Assembly (NCBI GenBank): GCA_036517115.1
Contig: DATDYB010000010.1
Coordinates: 1 to 57,701 of the forward strand
Reading direction: 5' to 3'
DNA: 57,701 nucleotides
Source of the DNA: Minisyncoccota bacterium
Lineage (GTDB): Bacteria > Patescibacteriota > Minisyncoccia > Phycocordibacterales > PALSA-1337
The translations under genes were made by a program, and so were the position numbers. This document shows positions 43,391 to 52,731 of the stretch, one piece after another; within the stretch, counting starts at the first letter, position 1; every line of letters begins with the position of its first letter. The notes under the pieces were generated by a model. It made no database searches. It saw nothing but the letters and a program-made list of their open reading frames with translations, and had not been told where the DNA came from.

Positions 43391-45064
43391 TTATACTTCG
43401 TTTTCAAGATCAATTACTCGGCCTAGCTCAGGGAGGGACGTCACTCCATTCAGTACTTTTATAATCCCATCTTGGCGCATGGTGTAGATACCCTGCGGTA
43501 TCGCGGCCTTAGCAAGCTCACGATCACTTGGGTTCATTTCGATAACTTCCTCAACAGCCTTATCTTTAAGAATCGCTTCGTAAATACCAATTCTACCTTT
43601 ATAGCCGGTGTGGTTACACGCATCGCACCCAGCAGCTTCCCATAATTGTATTGAGGTAGGCACTTCAGATCGATCATGGATTGTTCCTAAAATAGACGCT
43701 ACCTTCTGTTGCTCTTCCGGGGTGGGGGACTTCTCTTTTTTACATGCAGCACAGAGCTTTCGTACTAGTCGCTGCGCGAGGGTGATGTTGATGGCGGAAG
43801 TGATAATTTTCGAATTAACCCCAAGGTCAATAAGTCGAGGAAACGCACCTGCAGCGGAGTTGGTGTGTAGTGTGGAGAATACGAGATGCCCAGTAAGCGA
43901 AGAGTTAATGGCGATACCAGCAGTCTCGCTGTCGCGGATTTCACCCACCATGATGACATCAGGGTCCTGCCTGAGCGCGCTCCGTAGTCCTTCAAGGAAG
44001 GTATATCCTTTTTCATTTGTTTGTGTTTGAACAATGCCAGGTAAATGGTATTCGATAGGGTCTTCGATGGTGATAATTTTAATATCAGGACTGTGAATCT
44101 TTTTTAAAAAGGCGTAGAGGGTGGTTGTTTTACCCGAGCCGGTTGGACCAGTGGTGAGGATCATGCCGTTTGGTTTTCGGATTTCATGTTCAAGAATTCC
44201 AAGCAATTTCTTTTGAATACCAAGCTCCTCCATAGGAACAGCAATTGCTTTTGGGTTAAGGATTCGAAGGACGATTGATTCGTTGTAAGCACCCGGTAGG
44301 ATGGATGTTCGGATTTCAATATCAGCGGCCTCTATTTTCACACTAAAGCGCCCATCTTGCGCATCTTTTTTAATATTAAGTTTTAGACCGGATAAGAGTT
44401 TGATACGGGAAAGAAGCAGAAGATAGGTTTCGATATCAAAGGTGATGACATCAATGAGTACGCCGTCCAGACGATAGCGTAGTCGGACGTATGATTCTTC
44501 AGGTTCGATGTGTACATCAGAAGCGTCAGTTGCGAGTGCGCCCGCCACCACAATTTCAAGAATTCTCGAAATTCTCGCGGATTTTTTGAGCGCGAGCACT
44601 TCTTTAATGAGGACTATAACATCTGGAAGAGCGCGGACTTTTTTAATTACCTCAACAATCTCTTGGTTTGAAATCTCGAGCGACCCGGCTTTGGTCTCAA
44701 ATGTATACGAAAGTTCTTTGTACCCCTTCTGTGCACGCTCGAGACTTGTGGTTGAGGCAAGGTAGAGGGTGGGAGTATAACCCTTAGACTCAAGATTTTT
44801 TACAATAACCTTAACCTGCTCATCCTCAGGATTTCGGACCGCGATTTTAAGTTTTCGGTCTACAAGGTCAAAGGCTGCAATTTTATTATCTCTGGAGGTT
44901 TGTTCATCAATGAGACGGAGGGCGTCGCCGTCGATAGAGGTGTTTGAAAGATCGATATATTCCAAGCCAAATTTTTGGGAAAGTGCTTGCATCACCTCTT
45001 CCTCTTCTTTCCTGAGTAATTCGGCCACCTTTTGCTTTTGTTTATCTTCGTCGAAGCTGATCAT
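43391..45064 (-). CDS. pilB: GspE/PilB-family type II/IV secretion ATPase
   Basis: N-terminal T2SSE_N-like domain, Walker A GPTGSGKTTT, Asp box, Walker B VIMVGEIRD, His box, and a tetracysteine cluster (CAACKK...CDAC). Confidence 0.93.
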   Translation of the reverse strand: MISFDEDKQKQKVAELLRKEEEEVMQALSQKFGLEYIDLSNTSIDGDALRLIDEQTSRDNKIAAFDLVDRKLKIAVRNPEDEQVKVIVKNLESKGYTPTLYLASTTSLERAQKGYKELSYTFETKAGSLEISNQEIVEVIKKVRALPDVIVLIKEVLALKKSARISRILEIVVAGALATDASDVHIEPEESYVRLRYRLDGVLIDVITFDIETYLLLLSRIKLLSGLKLNIKKDAQDGRFSVKIEAADIEIRTSILPGAYNESIVLRILNPKAIAVPMEELGIQKKLLGILEHEIRKPNGMILTTGPTGSGKTTTLYAFLKKIHSPDIKIITIEDPIEYHLPGIVQTQTNEKGYTFLEGLRSALRQDPDVIMVGEIRDSETAGIAINSSLTGHLVFSTLHTNSAAGAFPRLIDLGVNSKIITSAINITLAQRLVRKLCAACKKEKSPTPEEQQKVASILGTIHDRSEVPTSIQLWEAAGCDACNHTGYKGRIGIYEAILKDKAVEEVIEMNPSDRELAKAAIPQGIYTMRQDGIIKVLNGVTSLPELGRVIDLENEV

Positions 45065-45147
45065 AAAAAAGTATTATATATAACGTATAAAGTATACGGG
45101 ATAAAGGGGAAAGGATAAAGCGTTGGGGGGATAGATAAGAATGTGCA

Positions 45148-45176
45148 TTGACTTTATATAGTGTATATGCTATAAT
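45148..45176 (+). promoter_or_regulatory. sigma70-like promoter TTGACT-17-TATAAT
   Basis: TTGACT 45148-45153, 17-nt spacer, TATAAT 45171-45176. Upstream of the 45234 gene. Confidence 0.65.
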
Positions 45177-45233
45177 GCATGCCAGTATAGAACACAACAA
45201 TTCAACCACAGAACTATAGAAAGAAAGTTTGTA

Positions 45234-45701
45234 ATGAAAAAGTTATTTGCAATTCTGTTTTTCCTCTTCATCCTGTTCGCGCTCTCAGGGCTCGCTCAAA
45301 GTCCGGTGTATTGGGATTCGACACCCTATGGAACGCCGACGTACCAAAAGACCGAGTCGTATTCAAAATACGAGATGCAGGTTAAACCGCCGCTCACTAA
45401 TCTTCAACGTCACTTCGGCGTCGGGGCAAGTAGTATCCAGACGGGGTACAAACGGGAGTATCTCAACATTGAAACCGGGGGATACTCCAAGACCGTGTCG
45501 AAGAGCAAGGACACCTACGCTTACGAGCAGTGGAATTCCCAAAAGGGAAAACCAGAGCTTGTGGTGGTGAAAACTGAATCGGGATATAAGAATGAGGAAA
45601 AGCGTCCCGCGCTAAACCCTCAGCCAATCCCTCAAACGGTCGGTTCGGTGAAGGTCACCACCTGGACAACGAAATCACCCCTTTCGTGGTTTAAAAAATG
45701 A
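45234..45701 (+). CDS. small secreted hypothetical protein
   Basis: Signal peptide MKKLFAILFFLFILFALSGLAQS. Promoter and terminator flank the gene. Confidence 0.7.
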   Translation: MKKLFAILFFLFILFALSGLAQSPVYWDSTPYGTPTYQKTESYSKYEMQVKPPLTNLQRHFGVGASSIQTGYKREYLNIETGGYSKTVSKSKDTYAYEQWNSQKGKPELVVVKTESGYKNEEKRPALNPQPIPQTVGSVKVTTWTTKSPLSWFKK

Positions 45702-45730
45702 TTTGATGAGCCCCTTTTCGGGCAACATGG

Positions 45731-45766
45731 CGGCAAGACATTGGAATGTCTTGCCGCTTTTTCTTT
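45731..45766 (+). terminator. rho-independent terminator
   Basis: CGGCAAGACAT-TGGA-ATGTCTTGCCG followed by CTTTTTCTTTTT. Confidence 0.8.
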
Positions 45767-45786
45767 TTATATAAACAAGGTACTCT

Positions 45787-46224
45787 ATGGCTATGGAAAA
45801 AATCGTCAAAAGTATTCCAGAGCTTGAGGCGTTTGCTCAAAGTTTTATAAATTCTTTCGTTCCTCGCAAAGAGGGGGCGACATTAGTTTGTTTGAAAGGG
45901 GACTTGGGTGCCGGCAAAACCGCTTTCACTAAGGCGGCAGGAAAGGCACTCGGAGTTATGGAACATATCACCAGCCCCACTTTTGTATTGATGAAAAGAT
46001 TCATGATTCATGAATCAGGATTCAGGAATTTGATCCATATTGACGCATATAGATTAGAAAAAGGAGAACAACTAAAAAAACTTGGGTGGGAACAACTACT
46101 ATCTGATCCAGGAAACCTCATTCTGCTTGAGTGGCCTGAAAGAGTGTTCGACATCCTTCCTCCCGACGCACTAACGCTCAATTTTGAATTCATCGACGAA
46201 CAAACCCGAAAAATTTATTACTAA
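45787..46224 (+). CDS. tsaE: tRNA t6A37 biosynthesis ATPase TsaE
   Basis: GDLGAGKTAFTK P-loop, ITSPTFVLM, and HIDAYRL. Confidence 0.88.
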   Translation: MAMEKIVKSIPELEAFAQSFINSFVPRKEGATLVCLKGDLGAGKTAFTKAAGKALGVMEHITSPTFVLMKRFMIHESGFRNLIHIDAYRLEKGEQLKKLGWEQLLSDPGNLILLEWPERVFDILPPDALTLNFEFIDEQTRKIYY

Positions 46225-46310
46225 AGTATTCTAATTTGTGTGTCATGTAACTTTGACTTTGTTGAGCTGGATTGATACTGTCTGTGTAGAACAATATCAA
46301 GGATCCTGAA

Positions 46311-46703
46311 ATGAATACTGATACTAGTAATAAGCTTGAAGACTTGGATAATCACGAGTTCAAAGAATTCTATTGTGAGAGCATCCACTTACAAGACTGC
46401 TTATCCGCAACCTTCTGTTTTTTTAAAAGGGAGGATGAAATGTTTGGAGAAGGTTTTACTTTGCGGGAAATTTTGAACGAATTCTCTCGCCGTTACCCTG
46501 ATAAGCTTCTTATTGAAGTACAAGAAGTTGAAGTTCAAACCGATCCACGTATCAATGTGTATAATATCGCTTTGACTCGACAAGGAGGGAGTTGGCAGGA
46601 AACATTCGGTTCTCCTGATCTTGCGAACAAATTCCTACGCGGAGTGACGGCAGGAGCAAGTCTCTTTGCCAACACTCTACTTTCAGTCCCACATGTTGGG
46701 TAA
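46311..46703 (+). CDS. hypothetical protein (130 aa)
   Basis: Intact ORF followed by a terminator at 46713-46740. Confidence 0.55.
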   Translation: MNTDTSNKLEDLDNHEFKEFYCESIHLQDCLSATFCFFKREDEMFGEGFTLREILNEFSRRYPDKLLIEVQEVEVQTDPRINVYNIALTRQGGSWQETFGSPDLANKFLRGVTAGASLFANTLLSVPHVG

Positions 46704-46712
46704 TCCAACTAC

Positions 46713-46740
46713 AGCCGACCATGATAGTCGGCTTTTTTCT
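46713..46740 (+). terminator. rho-independent terminator
   Basis: AGCCGAC-CATGATA-GTCGGCT followed by TTTTTC. Confidence 0.8.
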
Positions 46741-46767
46741 TTTACACAGAGTGCTAGAATTACCCCA

Positions 46768-49191
46768 ATGGCTAAAAAAGACGTAAAACTGAAACGACTC
46801 GTGCTCCTCGACGTGCACGCTATCTTGCATCGCGCCTACCACGCCTTGCCCGACTTTGCGTCGAGTAAAGGCGAGCCGACCGGCGCTCTCTATGGCCTTT
46901 GCACCATGCTTATTAAAATTATCCAAGAACTTAAGCCCAACTACATCGCGGCCTGTTTTGACCTGCCGGGAAAAACATACCGCCATGAAGTGTACGACGC
47001 CTACAAAGCAGGGAGGGCCAAGACCGACGATGCTCTGGTGGCTCAGATCATCCGTTCCCGTGACGTTTTTAAAGCATTCAATATTCCCGGCTACGAGAAG
47101 GAAGGTTTTGAAGCGGACGATATGCTGGGCACCATTGTAGAGCAAGTAAAAAGGAAAAATGAAAAAGTAAAAGATGGAGAAGGAGAACTCCAGATCGTTA
47201 TCGCCTCGGGGGATATGGATACACTTCAGCTTGTTGATGGTAAAAAGGTAATGGTATACACCCTCAAAAAGGGTATTAACGACACCATTCTCTACGACGA
47301 AGAAGGAGTGATGGCACGCTTTGGATTTGTACCTAAGCTTCTACCTGACTACAAGGGTCTACGTGGAGATCCTTCCGATAACATCATCGGTATCAAAGGT
47401 ATCGGCGACAAAACAGCATCACTCTTGATCCAGAACTTCGGCTCTATTGAAGATATCTACAAAAAACTCAAAAAAGACGAGGAAAGTTTTGAAAAAGCTG
47501 GGGTGAAAGAACGCATCGTCGGTCTTTTAAAAGATAACGAGGAAGAAGCACGATTTTCAAAAATGCTCGCCGAAATTCGTCGTGACGCACCCATTGAATT
47601 CTCGTTGCCGGATAAGGAGTGGCGAGACGGTCTGGAAATTGACCCTATCATGAATCTTTTTAGCGAGCTTGATTTCCGTACTCTCGGGGCAAGGGTTCGG
47701 GATGCTTTCCATTTTCAACCGTCACTCCTTGCTGGTACAGAGGCCTCGACGGAACAAGGTGACAATATGGCAGACCAGACCATCGACCCGAAAGAGCTGA
47801 AGGAGACCTCACTTGCTCTTTGGGTGTTGAACTCAAACATCGCTCATCCGGGTATTGATGAAATTTTACAATTCGCGCAGACAAAGGATTTTAAAAAAGC
47901 ACGGGAAACTATTCTCTCCGAAGTGGAAAAGCAAGGGTTGAAGAAAGTGCTCGTGGATATCGAGCTGCCGCTTATCCCCGTCGTCGAGAGGATGCAGGAA
48001 GTAGGCGTAAAAATAGACAAGGACTATCTCAAGAAGCTTTCTCTCGACTATCACAAAGAGCTCTCAAAATTCGAGGCAGAGATTTGGAAGATGGCAGGGG
48101 AGGAGTTCAATATCAATTCACCGAAACAGCTCGGCACCATCCTGTTCGATAAAATGGGGCTGACCGCAAAGAATTTGAAAAAAACAGAAGGAGGTGCTCG
48201 GTCAACTCGGGAATCAGAGCTCTTGAAAATGACCGACAGTCACCCGATTATTAAGAAAATTCTCGAGCACCGAGAACTTCAAAAATTGCTTTCAACCTAC
48301 ATTGACACTATTCCCGAGCTTCTAGATAAAAATAACCGTCTGCACACCACACTGCTTCAGGCCGGTTCGACTACTGGAAGGATGTCCTCGAACAACCCTA
48401 ACCTCCAAAACATTCCAATCAAAACAGAGCTTGGTAGAAATATCAGAAAAGCATTCATTGCGGAAGAAGGATGGACACTGCTCGCGCTCGACTACTCACA
48501 GATCGAGCTCCGTATCGCTGCGTTTCTTTCAGAGGACAAGCGGATGATCGAAATTTTCAGGAAGGGGGAAGATATCCACACCTCCGTTGCCGCATATGTT
48601 TTTAAAGTTCCGTCTGAAAAAGTGGATAGGGAAATGCGACGAAAAGCGAAGGTCATTAACTTCGGTATCATTTACGGTATGGGTATCAATTCGCTCCGAG
48701 CGAATTTGGGAACCACACGGGCGGAGGCGCAGCATTTCTACGATGAATATTTCTCGAATTTTAAGACACTGGCGGAATATCTTGAAAAGGTTCGTAGCAC
48801 TACGGCTAAAACCGGCTACACCGAAACATTTTTCGGTCGTAGACGTTTCTTTGAGGGTATTAATTCGAGGATTCCATACATCAGGGCCGCCGCTGAACGC
48901 ATGGCTATTAACGCGCCCATACAAGGGACCGGTGCCGACATCATCAAGCTCGCCATGGTGAGTGTTTTCCGCTATCTGGAAGAAAAGAAGCTTGATAAAA
49001 AAGTGCGACCGCTTCTCCAGGTACACGATGAATTGCTATACGAAGTGAAGAAAGATGCGGTGAAGGATATTGCTCAAGAGATTAAAAAAAACATGGAGGA
49101 GGTCATTGATTCGAAAAAAACATATGGCGTAGTGTGTATAGCAGAAGCGAAGGCGGGTCCAAACTGGGACGAGATGGAAAAACTTGCGTGA
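46768..49191 (+). CDS. polA: DNA polymerase I
   Basis: 5'-nuclease domain (LLDVHAILHRAYHAL, GFEADD), motif A (LLALDYSQIELR), motif B (RRKAKVINFGIIYG), motif C (QVHDEL). The central domain lacks obvious 3'-5' exonuclease acidic motifs. ATG46768 lies after the upstream terminator. Confidence 0.94.
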   Translation: MAKKDVKLKRLVLLDVHAILHRAYHALPDFASSKGEPTGALYGLCTMLIKIIQELKPNYIAACFDLPGKTYRHEVYDAYKAGRAKTDDALVAQIIRSRDVFKAFNIPGYEKEGFEADDMLGTIVEQVKRKNEKVKDGEGELQIVIASGDMDTLQLVDGKKVMVYTLKKGINDTILYDEEGVMARFGFVPKLLPDYKGLRGDPSDNIIGIKGIGDKTASLLIQNFGSIEDIYKKLKKDEESFEKAGVKERIVGLLKDNEEEARFSKMLAEIRRDAPIEFSLPDKEWRDGLEIDPIMNLFSELDFRTLGARVRDAFHFQPSLLAGTEASTEQGDNMADQTIDPKELKETSLALWVLNSNIAHPGIDEILQFAQTKDFKKARETILSEVEKQGLKKVLVDIELPLIPVVERMQEVGVKIDKDYLKKLSLDYHKELSKFEAEIWKMAGEEFNINSPKQLGTILFDKMGLTAKNLKKTEGGARSTRESELLKMTDSHPIIKKILEHRELQKLLSTYIDTIPELLDKNNRLHTTLLQAGSTTGRMSSNNPNLQNIPIKTELGRNIRKAFIAEEGWTLLALDYSQIELRIAAFLSEDKRMIEIFRKGEDIHTSVAAYVFKVPSEKVDREMRRKAKVINFGIIYGMGINSLRANLGTTRAEAQHFYDEYFSNFKTLAEYLEKVRSTTAKTGYTETFFGRRRFFEGINSRIPYIRAAAERMAINAPIQGTGADIIKLAMVSVFRYLEEKKLDKKVRPLLQVHDELLYEVKKDAVKDIAQEIKKNMEEVIDSKKTYGVVCIAEAKAGPNWDEMEKLA

Positions 49192-49278
49192 CAGTTGATT
49201 TTGTATATAATAACTGAACGTTCACAAGTGAGCACTTGAATCGTTGTGGACGTCACGCTGACCATCCTTAGTGGTGGT

Positions 49279-49308
49279 ACCCGGCTCCTGTTGAGCCGGG
49301 TTTTTTTG
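49279..49308 (+). terminator. rho-independent terminator
   Basis: ACCCGGCTC-CTGTT-GAGCCGGGT followed by TTTTTT. Confidence 0.85.
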
Positions 49309-49325
49309 TTGTCTTTTTCTGTCGC

Positions 49326-49354
49326 TTTACACTTTTCACTTTAAACTTTACACT
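49326..49354 (+). promoter_or_regulatory. conserved promoter cassette (TTTACA-17-TACACT) abutting the holA ATG
   Basis: The -35 is at 49326-49331, the spacer CTTTTCACTTTAAACTT, and the -10 at 49349-49354, with 7 nt to ATG49362. Confidence 0.55.
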
Positions 49355-49361
49355 CTTAAGT

Positions 49362-50081
49362 ATGTTCTACTTTCTCCACGGTTCTGACACTGACAAAGCA
49401 ATTGCCAAAGCAGATGACATGGTCGCGGCGTTATTGAAGAAAAAGCCCGACGCAGCTTTTTTTAAAATGACCGACGAAAATTGGAGTGAAGCCGCGCTTG
49501 CTGAATATATGGGCGGGCAAGGACTTTTTTCACAAAAATATATCGTGCTCTTAAGCGGCGTTTTCGGCAATAAAGAATATAAAGAAGTGTTGGTTAAAAA
49601 ACTTAAGGAATTAAAAGAATCTGAAAACATATTCATAATGCGCGAGGGGGTGGTAGACAAGACATCACTCACCAAAATCGAGAAACAGGCGGAAAAAGTT
49701 CAGCAGTTCGAATTAAAGGAAGAGTCAGCTAAAGAGGTGAAGTTTAACGTTTTTTCACTCACTGATGCCCTGGGTCGTCGAGATCGGAAAAGTCTGTGGA
49801 CGTTATTTCTGAAAGCACAAAAGGCGGGAGTGGAAGCAGAAAATATTCATGGCACATTATTCTGGCAAGTGAAAAGTCTGATTGTGGCGAGAGAAACAAA
49901 AGACGCCAAACAAGCGGGTATGCATCCTTTCGCTTTCTCCAAAGCCCAAGGTTTTTCAAAAAATTTTAAAAAAGAGGAGCTTTTAAAACTTTCAGGTGAT
50001 CTCGTCTCCATATACCACGAAGCACATCGAGGAATGTATGATTTAAATATCGCACTTGAGCGGTTCGTGCTCACCATCTAA
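49362..50081 (+). CDS. holA: DNA polymerase III delta subunit-like (short)
   Basis: The N-terminal pattern YFLHGSD...LFSQKYIVLL is typical of HolA. 239 aa, shorter than usual. Confidence 0.5.
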   Translation: MFYFLHGSDTDKAIAKADDMVAALLKKKPDAAFFKMTDENWSEAALAEYMGGQGLFSQKYIVLLSGVFGNKEYKEVLVKKLKELKESENIFIMREGVVDKTSLTKIEKQAEKVQQFELKEESAKEVKFNVFSLTDALGRRDRKSLWTLFLKAQKAGVEAENIHGTLFWQVKSLIVARETKDAKQAGMHPFAFSKAQGFSKNFKKEELLKLSGDLVSIYHEAHRGMYDLNIALERFVLTI

Positions 50082-50090
50082 TTAATAATT

Positions 50091-50117
50091 AAAAAAGCAG
50101 ACCAGTGATGGTCTGCT
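50091..50117. terminator. terminator hairpin between convergent holA and pyrC
   Basis: A6 then AGCAGACC-AGTGAT-GGTCTGCT. The U-run is on the minus strand. Confidence 0.7.
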
Positions 50118-50126
50118 ACGTTATAG

Positions 50127-51245
50127 CTACTCAATACGCATCGCTGTCCACGCCGGACGCGACCTATAGGGGAAGGGAGTGACGCTGCCGGAATCAAACT
50201 CGATTCTTTCAAGCGGCTCTTGTTCTTTTCTCGTGAGGCGGATCACGCCGTGAGGTACTGTAATACGATAGAATTGTGGGATCACTTCGCACAAGAATTG
50301 TCGAGCAATCCTCCGCCCCTCGGCTGTTGCGATCATTCCTCTACGGTCAAACATTTCTATGTATTGTTCAATACTACTGTTGGCGGTGTACGCTCCTGGT
50401 TTTCCGCAAGGTATGAACTTAAAGCGATCATCGTGAAGCGCCGCGTCAGTGCCGGCTCCAAAGAGTCCTTCACCACCCACCATAGCGTCTTCCACTGCTT
50501 GCCGATGGATTTCTCTTTTGAGAATCGGTTTGCACCACGCCTCAGGGTGAAAACCGCCCTTGAAAAGCGCATTGCGATTCGCTTTTGCATGCTGGATAGT
50601 GACCGTTCCACGTGCGTTCTTGCGATTGGCGCGAACTAAGTCGCAAAGTTCTTTGGTGGAAATATGTTCGGCTACCCATTTAAGGTCAGGGAATTCTCTG
50701 ATGATTTTGTGTTGATAGCGATCGATGAAGATAACTTCTCGGTCAAATTCATCAACGTTCTCGTCCGGCACCTCCATGTGTTCAAGTAACGGCACCCCTA
50801 AGGTCTGCAATACATCAAATGCAGGATAGACATTTCGAATGTGGACCACAGCATTGTGAGAGTTGGTGGTTCCTCCCTCTTTCTTCTCCGTAGTGAGCAT
50901 GAGTTTAGCTGCGCCGAAAACTCCTTCGAGAATTCCTTGTGCCAAATCTTTGGGGTCAGTACGGTCAGTAAGATAGCAGGTGATAACAGGGAGGAATTGC
51001 CAGTTTGTTCCGTTCCTCTCGTTGAAAAGTTTTACTCTTCTTTCGATTTCTGATTTATACCAACGTCCTCGAGCAGTGGTGGTGACTGGTTCGAGAAGAT
51101 TGGTCATTCCTGTTGCGCCACAGAATCGACGAATGGTATGTTCAAGGATCAAATCCATCTGACTGCCAGGTTCTCTGAAGTGAAGATGTCCATCGTAGGA
51201 GGATGTAACATCCATTTCGTCAGGGTTTATCGTTTCCGTATCCAT
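50127..51245 (-). CDS. pyrC: dihydroorotase (E. coli-type homodimeric class)
   Basis: By eye it is collinear with E. coli PyrC: DGHLHFRE (DWHLHLRD), MTNLLEPVTT (MPNLAPPVTT), ITCYLTD..DP.DL..G..EGVF.AAKL, HISTK, KPILKRE.HRQA. Confidence 0.88.
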   Translation of the reverse strand: MDTETINPDEMDVTSSYDGHLHFREPGSQMDLILEHTIRRFCGATGMTNLLEPVTTTARGRWYKSEIERRVKLFNERNGTNWQFLPVITCYLTDRTDPKDLAQGILEGVFGAAKLMLTTEKKEGGTTNSHNAVVHIRNVYPAFDVLQTLGVPLLEHMEVPDENVDEFDREVIFIDRYQHKIIREFPDLKWVAEHISTKELCDLVRANRKNARGTVTIQHAKANRNALFKGGFHPEAWCKPILKREIHRQAVEDAMVGGEGLFGAGTDAALHDDRFKFIPCGKPGAYTANSSIEQYIEMFDRRGMIATAEGRRIARQFLCEVIPQFYRITVPHGVIRLTRKEQEPLERIEFDSGSVTPFPYRSRPAWTAMRIE

Positions 51246-51311
51246 TAGTTAATTTCCTTTTGTTGAAGTTCTGTTCTCGGGCCATCCTAACGAATTTAAA
51301 GAAAAGGTGCA

Positions 51312-51341
51312 AGAAAAAGCGCTTACCGTGAGGTAAGCGCT
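51312..51341 (-). terminator. rho-independent terminator after the pyrD-like gene
   Basis: On the minus strand, AGCGCTTACC-TCAC-GGTAAGCGCT followed by TTTTCTT. Confidence 0.8.
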
Positions 51342-51348
51342 GAAACAA

Positions 51349-52362
51349 CTATTTTTGAGCCCAATGTTGCTCCGAAGGGACAAGTGTGCGGATCCTTCCT
51401 AGTAATTCACCTTGGGAAGGATACCACTTATTGACCATATGGATCGTCCTTTTAACTTCGCTCGGAGCGAGCATGGCCATTGAAGCCAGATATACAGCGT
51501 CGGCTCCTGCTTCGAACACACTCACAGCATTTTCGAAGTTAAGGATGCCCCCACCGCCGAGAATAGGCTTAGTTACACCAGCGGCTCTAGTTTTCTTGAT
51601 CCAATCGATGAGTCGCGGTAACAAAGGTTTCCCTGAGACTCCGCCTTTTTTACCTTTACCAAGGCGTTTTTCGACCGGGGATTCGAGTGTTCCGAAATAG
51701 AGCATCTTTTCCTCGTCGGTAAGGTCATCCCATTTGATGGTGTTGAGGGCGCATAGCGCAGCGCAGGCCTCGTGACTTGTGATTGACGTTGCTCTCGTGG
51801 CAGAGCAGTCTGGTCCAACTTTGACCATGGTGGGTCTCTCCAATTCCTGTAAAACCGAAAGGATTCGAAAGATCAGGTTGGTATCGTCAGCATGAGTCGC
51901 GTTGGGGCAGGAGTCATTCCATTGAATGACGTAATCCGCCAAAAACTTTTCTTTCTTAAGAAGCATTACGGCTTGTTTTGCTTCGGCGAGCACCTGCTCG
52001 GGGTCACTTGCCGTGGATGCCAAAGAAATTGAGAATGGCTCTGTGCGTGATTGCCACTTGCCTTGCTTAAGATAGAAGGGAAGACCGAAGTTCGAGAGGC
52101 CAACGGCATTCAAGGCTGCACCTGTATTCCTGCGTACTTCAATGCATTTCGGTATCCATTCCTTGGGCGTGGTTCCATCTTCCTTGAGAGGCATGTTGCC
52201 TTCTATTGCCGGCACCGTCACTGTTTTTGCAACAAAGACGGAGTGGTCGAAGTTAAGGCCAATCAGCCTGCCAAGTTTGTGGTACCACCAACCGTTGCCG
52301 AAAATATTGGTAGCGCCGGACCCTTGCCAAGCATTAGGGAATCGAATTCCTCCAAGTATCAT
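51349..52362 (-). CDS. dihydroorotate dehydrogenase-like TIM-barrel flavoenzyme (class-1-like SCPN motif), divergent
   Basis: NAVGLSNFG, WNDSCPNA, GGVSGKPL, and ILGGGGI...AGADAVYL are DHODH/DHPD-family motifs. Confidence 0.65.
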   Translation of the reverse strand: MILGGIRFPNAWQGSGATNIFGNGWWYHKLGRLIGLNFDHSVFVAKTVTVPAIEGNMPLKEDGTTPKEWIPKCIEVRRNTGAALNAVGLSNFGLPFYLKQGKWQSRTEPFSISLASTASDPEQVLAEAKQAVMLLKKEKFLADYVIQWNDSCPNATHADDTNLIFRILSVLQELERPTMVKVGPDCSATRATSITSHEACAALCALNTIKWDDLTDEEKMLYFGTLESPVEKRLGKGKKGGVSGKPLLPRLIDWIKKTRAAGVTKPILGGGGILNFENAVSVFEAGADAVYLASMAMLAPSEVKRTIHMVNKWYPSQGELLGRIRTLVPSEQHWAQK

Positions 52363-52450
52363 ATATTTCCTTTTTGTTGAAGTTCTTATTGTCTGCCCGT
52401 ATTTTTAGCACAGAGGGAAGGAAAGGGCAATAAAGGGACTTTTCGGTGTG

Positions 52451-52471
52451 GGTTGTGTGCCAGTAGGAATC
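52451..52471. repeat. partial direct copy of the tRNA-Lys 3' end
   Basis: GGTTGTGTGCCAGTAGGAATC versus GGTTGTGCGCCCAGTAGGAATC at 52607-52628 (1 mismatch, 1 indel). Confidence 0.75.
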
Positions 52472-52611
52472 TCGGCTTACAGCCACAGTACACCTTTCGT
52501 ATCGTGCTCATGTTTGGGATTGTGGTCAGGAATAATTTTTTGTCAAAAATTTCCCCGACCCGGCCTCGCGCCGCCGCGCTCCGGCTCGCACAACCTTCCT
52601 GTTGTCGGTTG

Positions 52612-52684
52612 TGCGCCCAGTAGGAATCGAACCTACGACCTTCTCCTTAAAAGGGAGCCGCTCTACCGACTGAGCTATGGGCGC
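52612..52684 (-). tRNA. tRNA-Lys (anticodon UUU)
   Basis: Folded by eye. Acceptor GCGCCCA/UGGGCGC, D-arm GCUC-AGUCGGUA-GAGC, anticodon loop CUUUUAA, T-arm GUAGG-UUCGAUU-CCUAC, discriminator A. CCA is not encoded. Confidence 0.93.
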
Positions 52685-52731
52685 ATTTGTAACTTACAGA
52701 ATATATCAGAAAATCACTAAAAGTCTAGATT

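Noticed and set aside
12438-48999. Long antisense ORFs inside well-supported genes (for example 12438..12881, 15235..15669, 17559..18047, 20037..20585, 27124..27717, 46552..47145, 48529..49026)
   Set aside because: Each lies opposite a gene with clear family motifs or operon context, and has a low-complexity or Ser/Arg-rich translation with no start or RBS support.
52448-52720. 90-aa ORF spanning the tRNA-Lys region
   Set aside because: It overlaps a well-folding tRNA gene and the repeat motif, and the translation is not protein-like.
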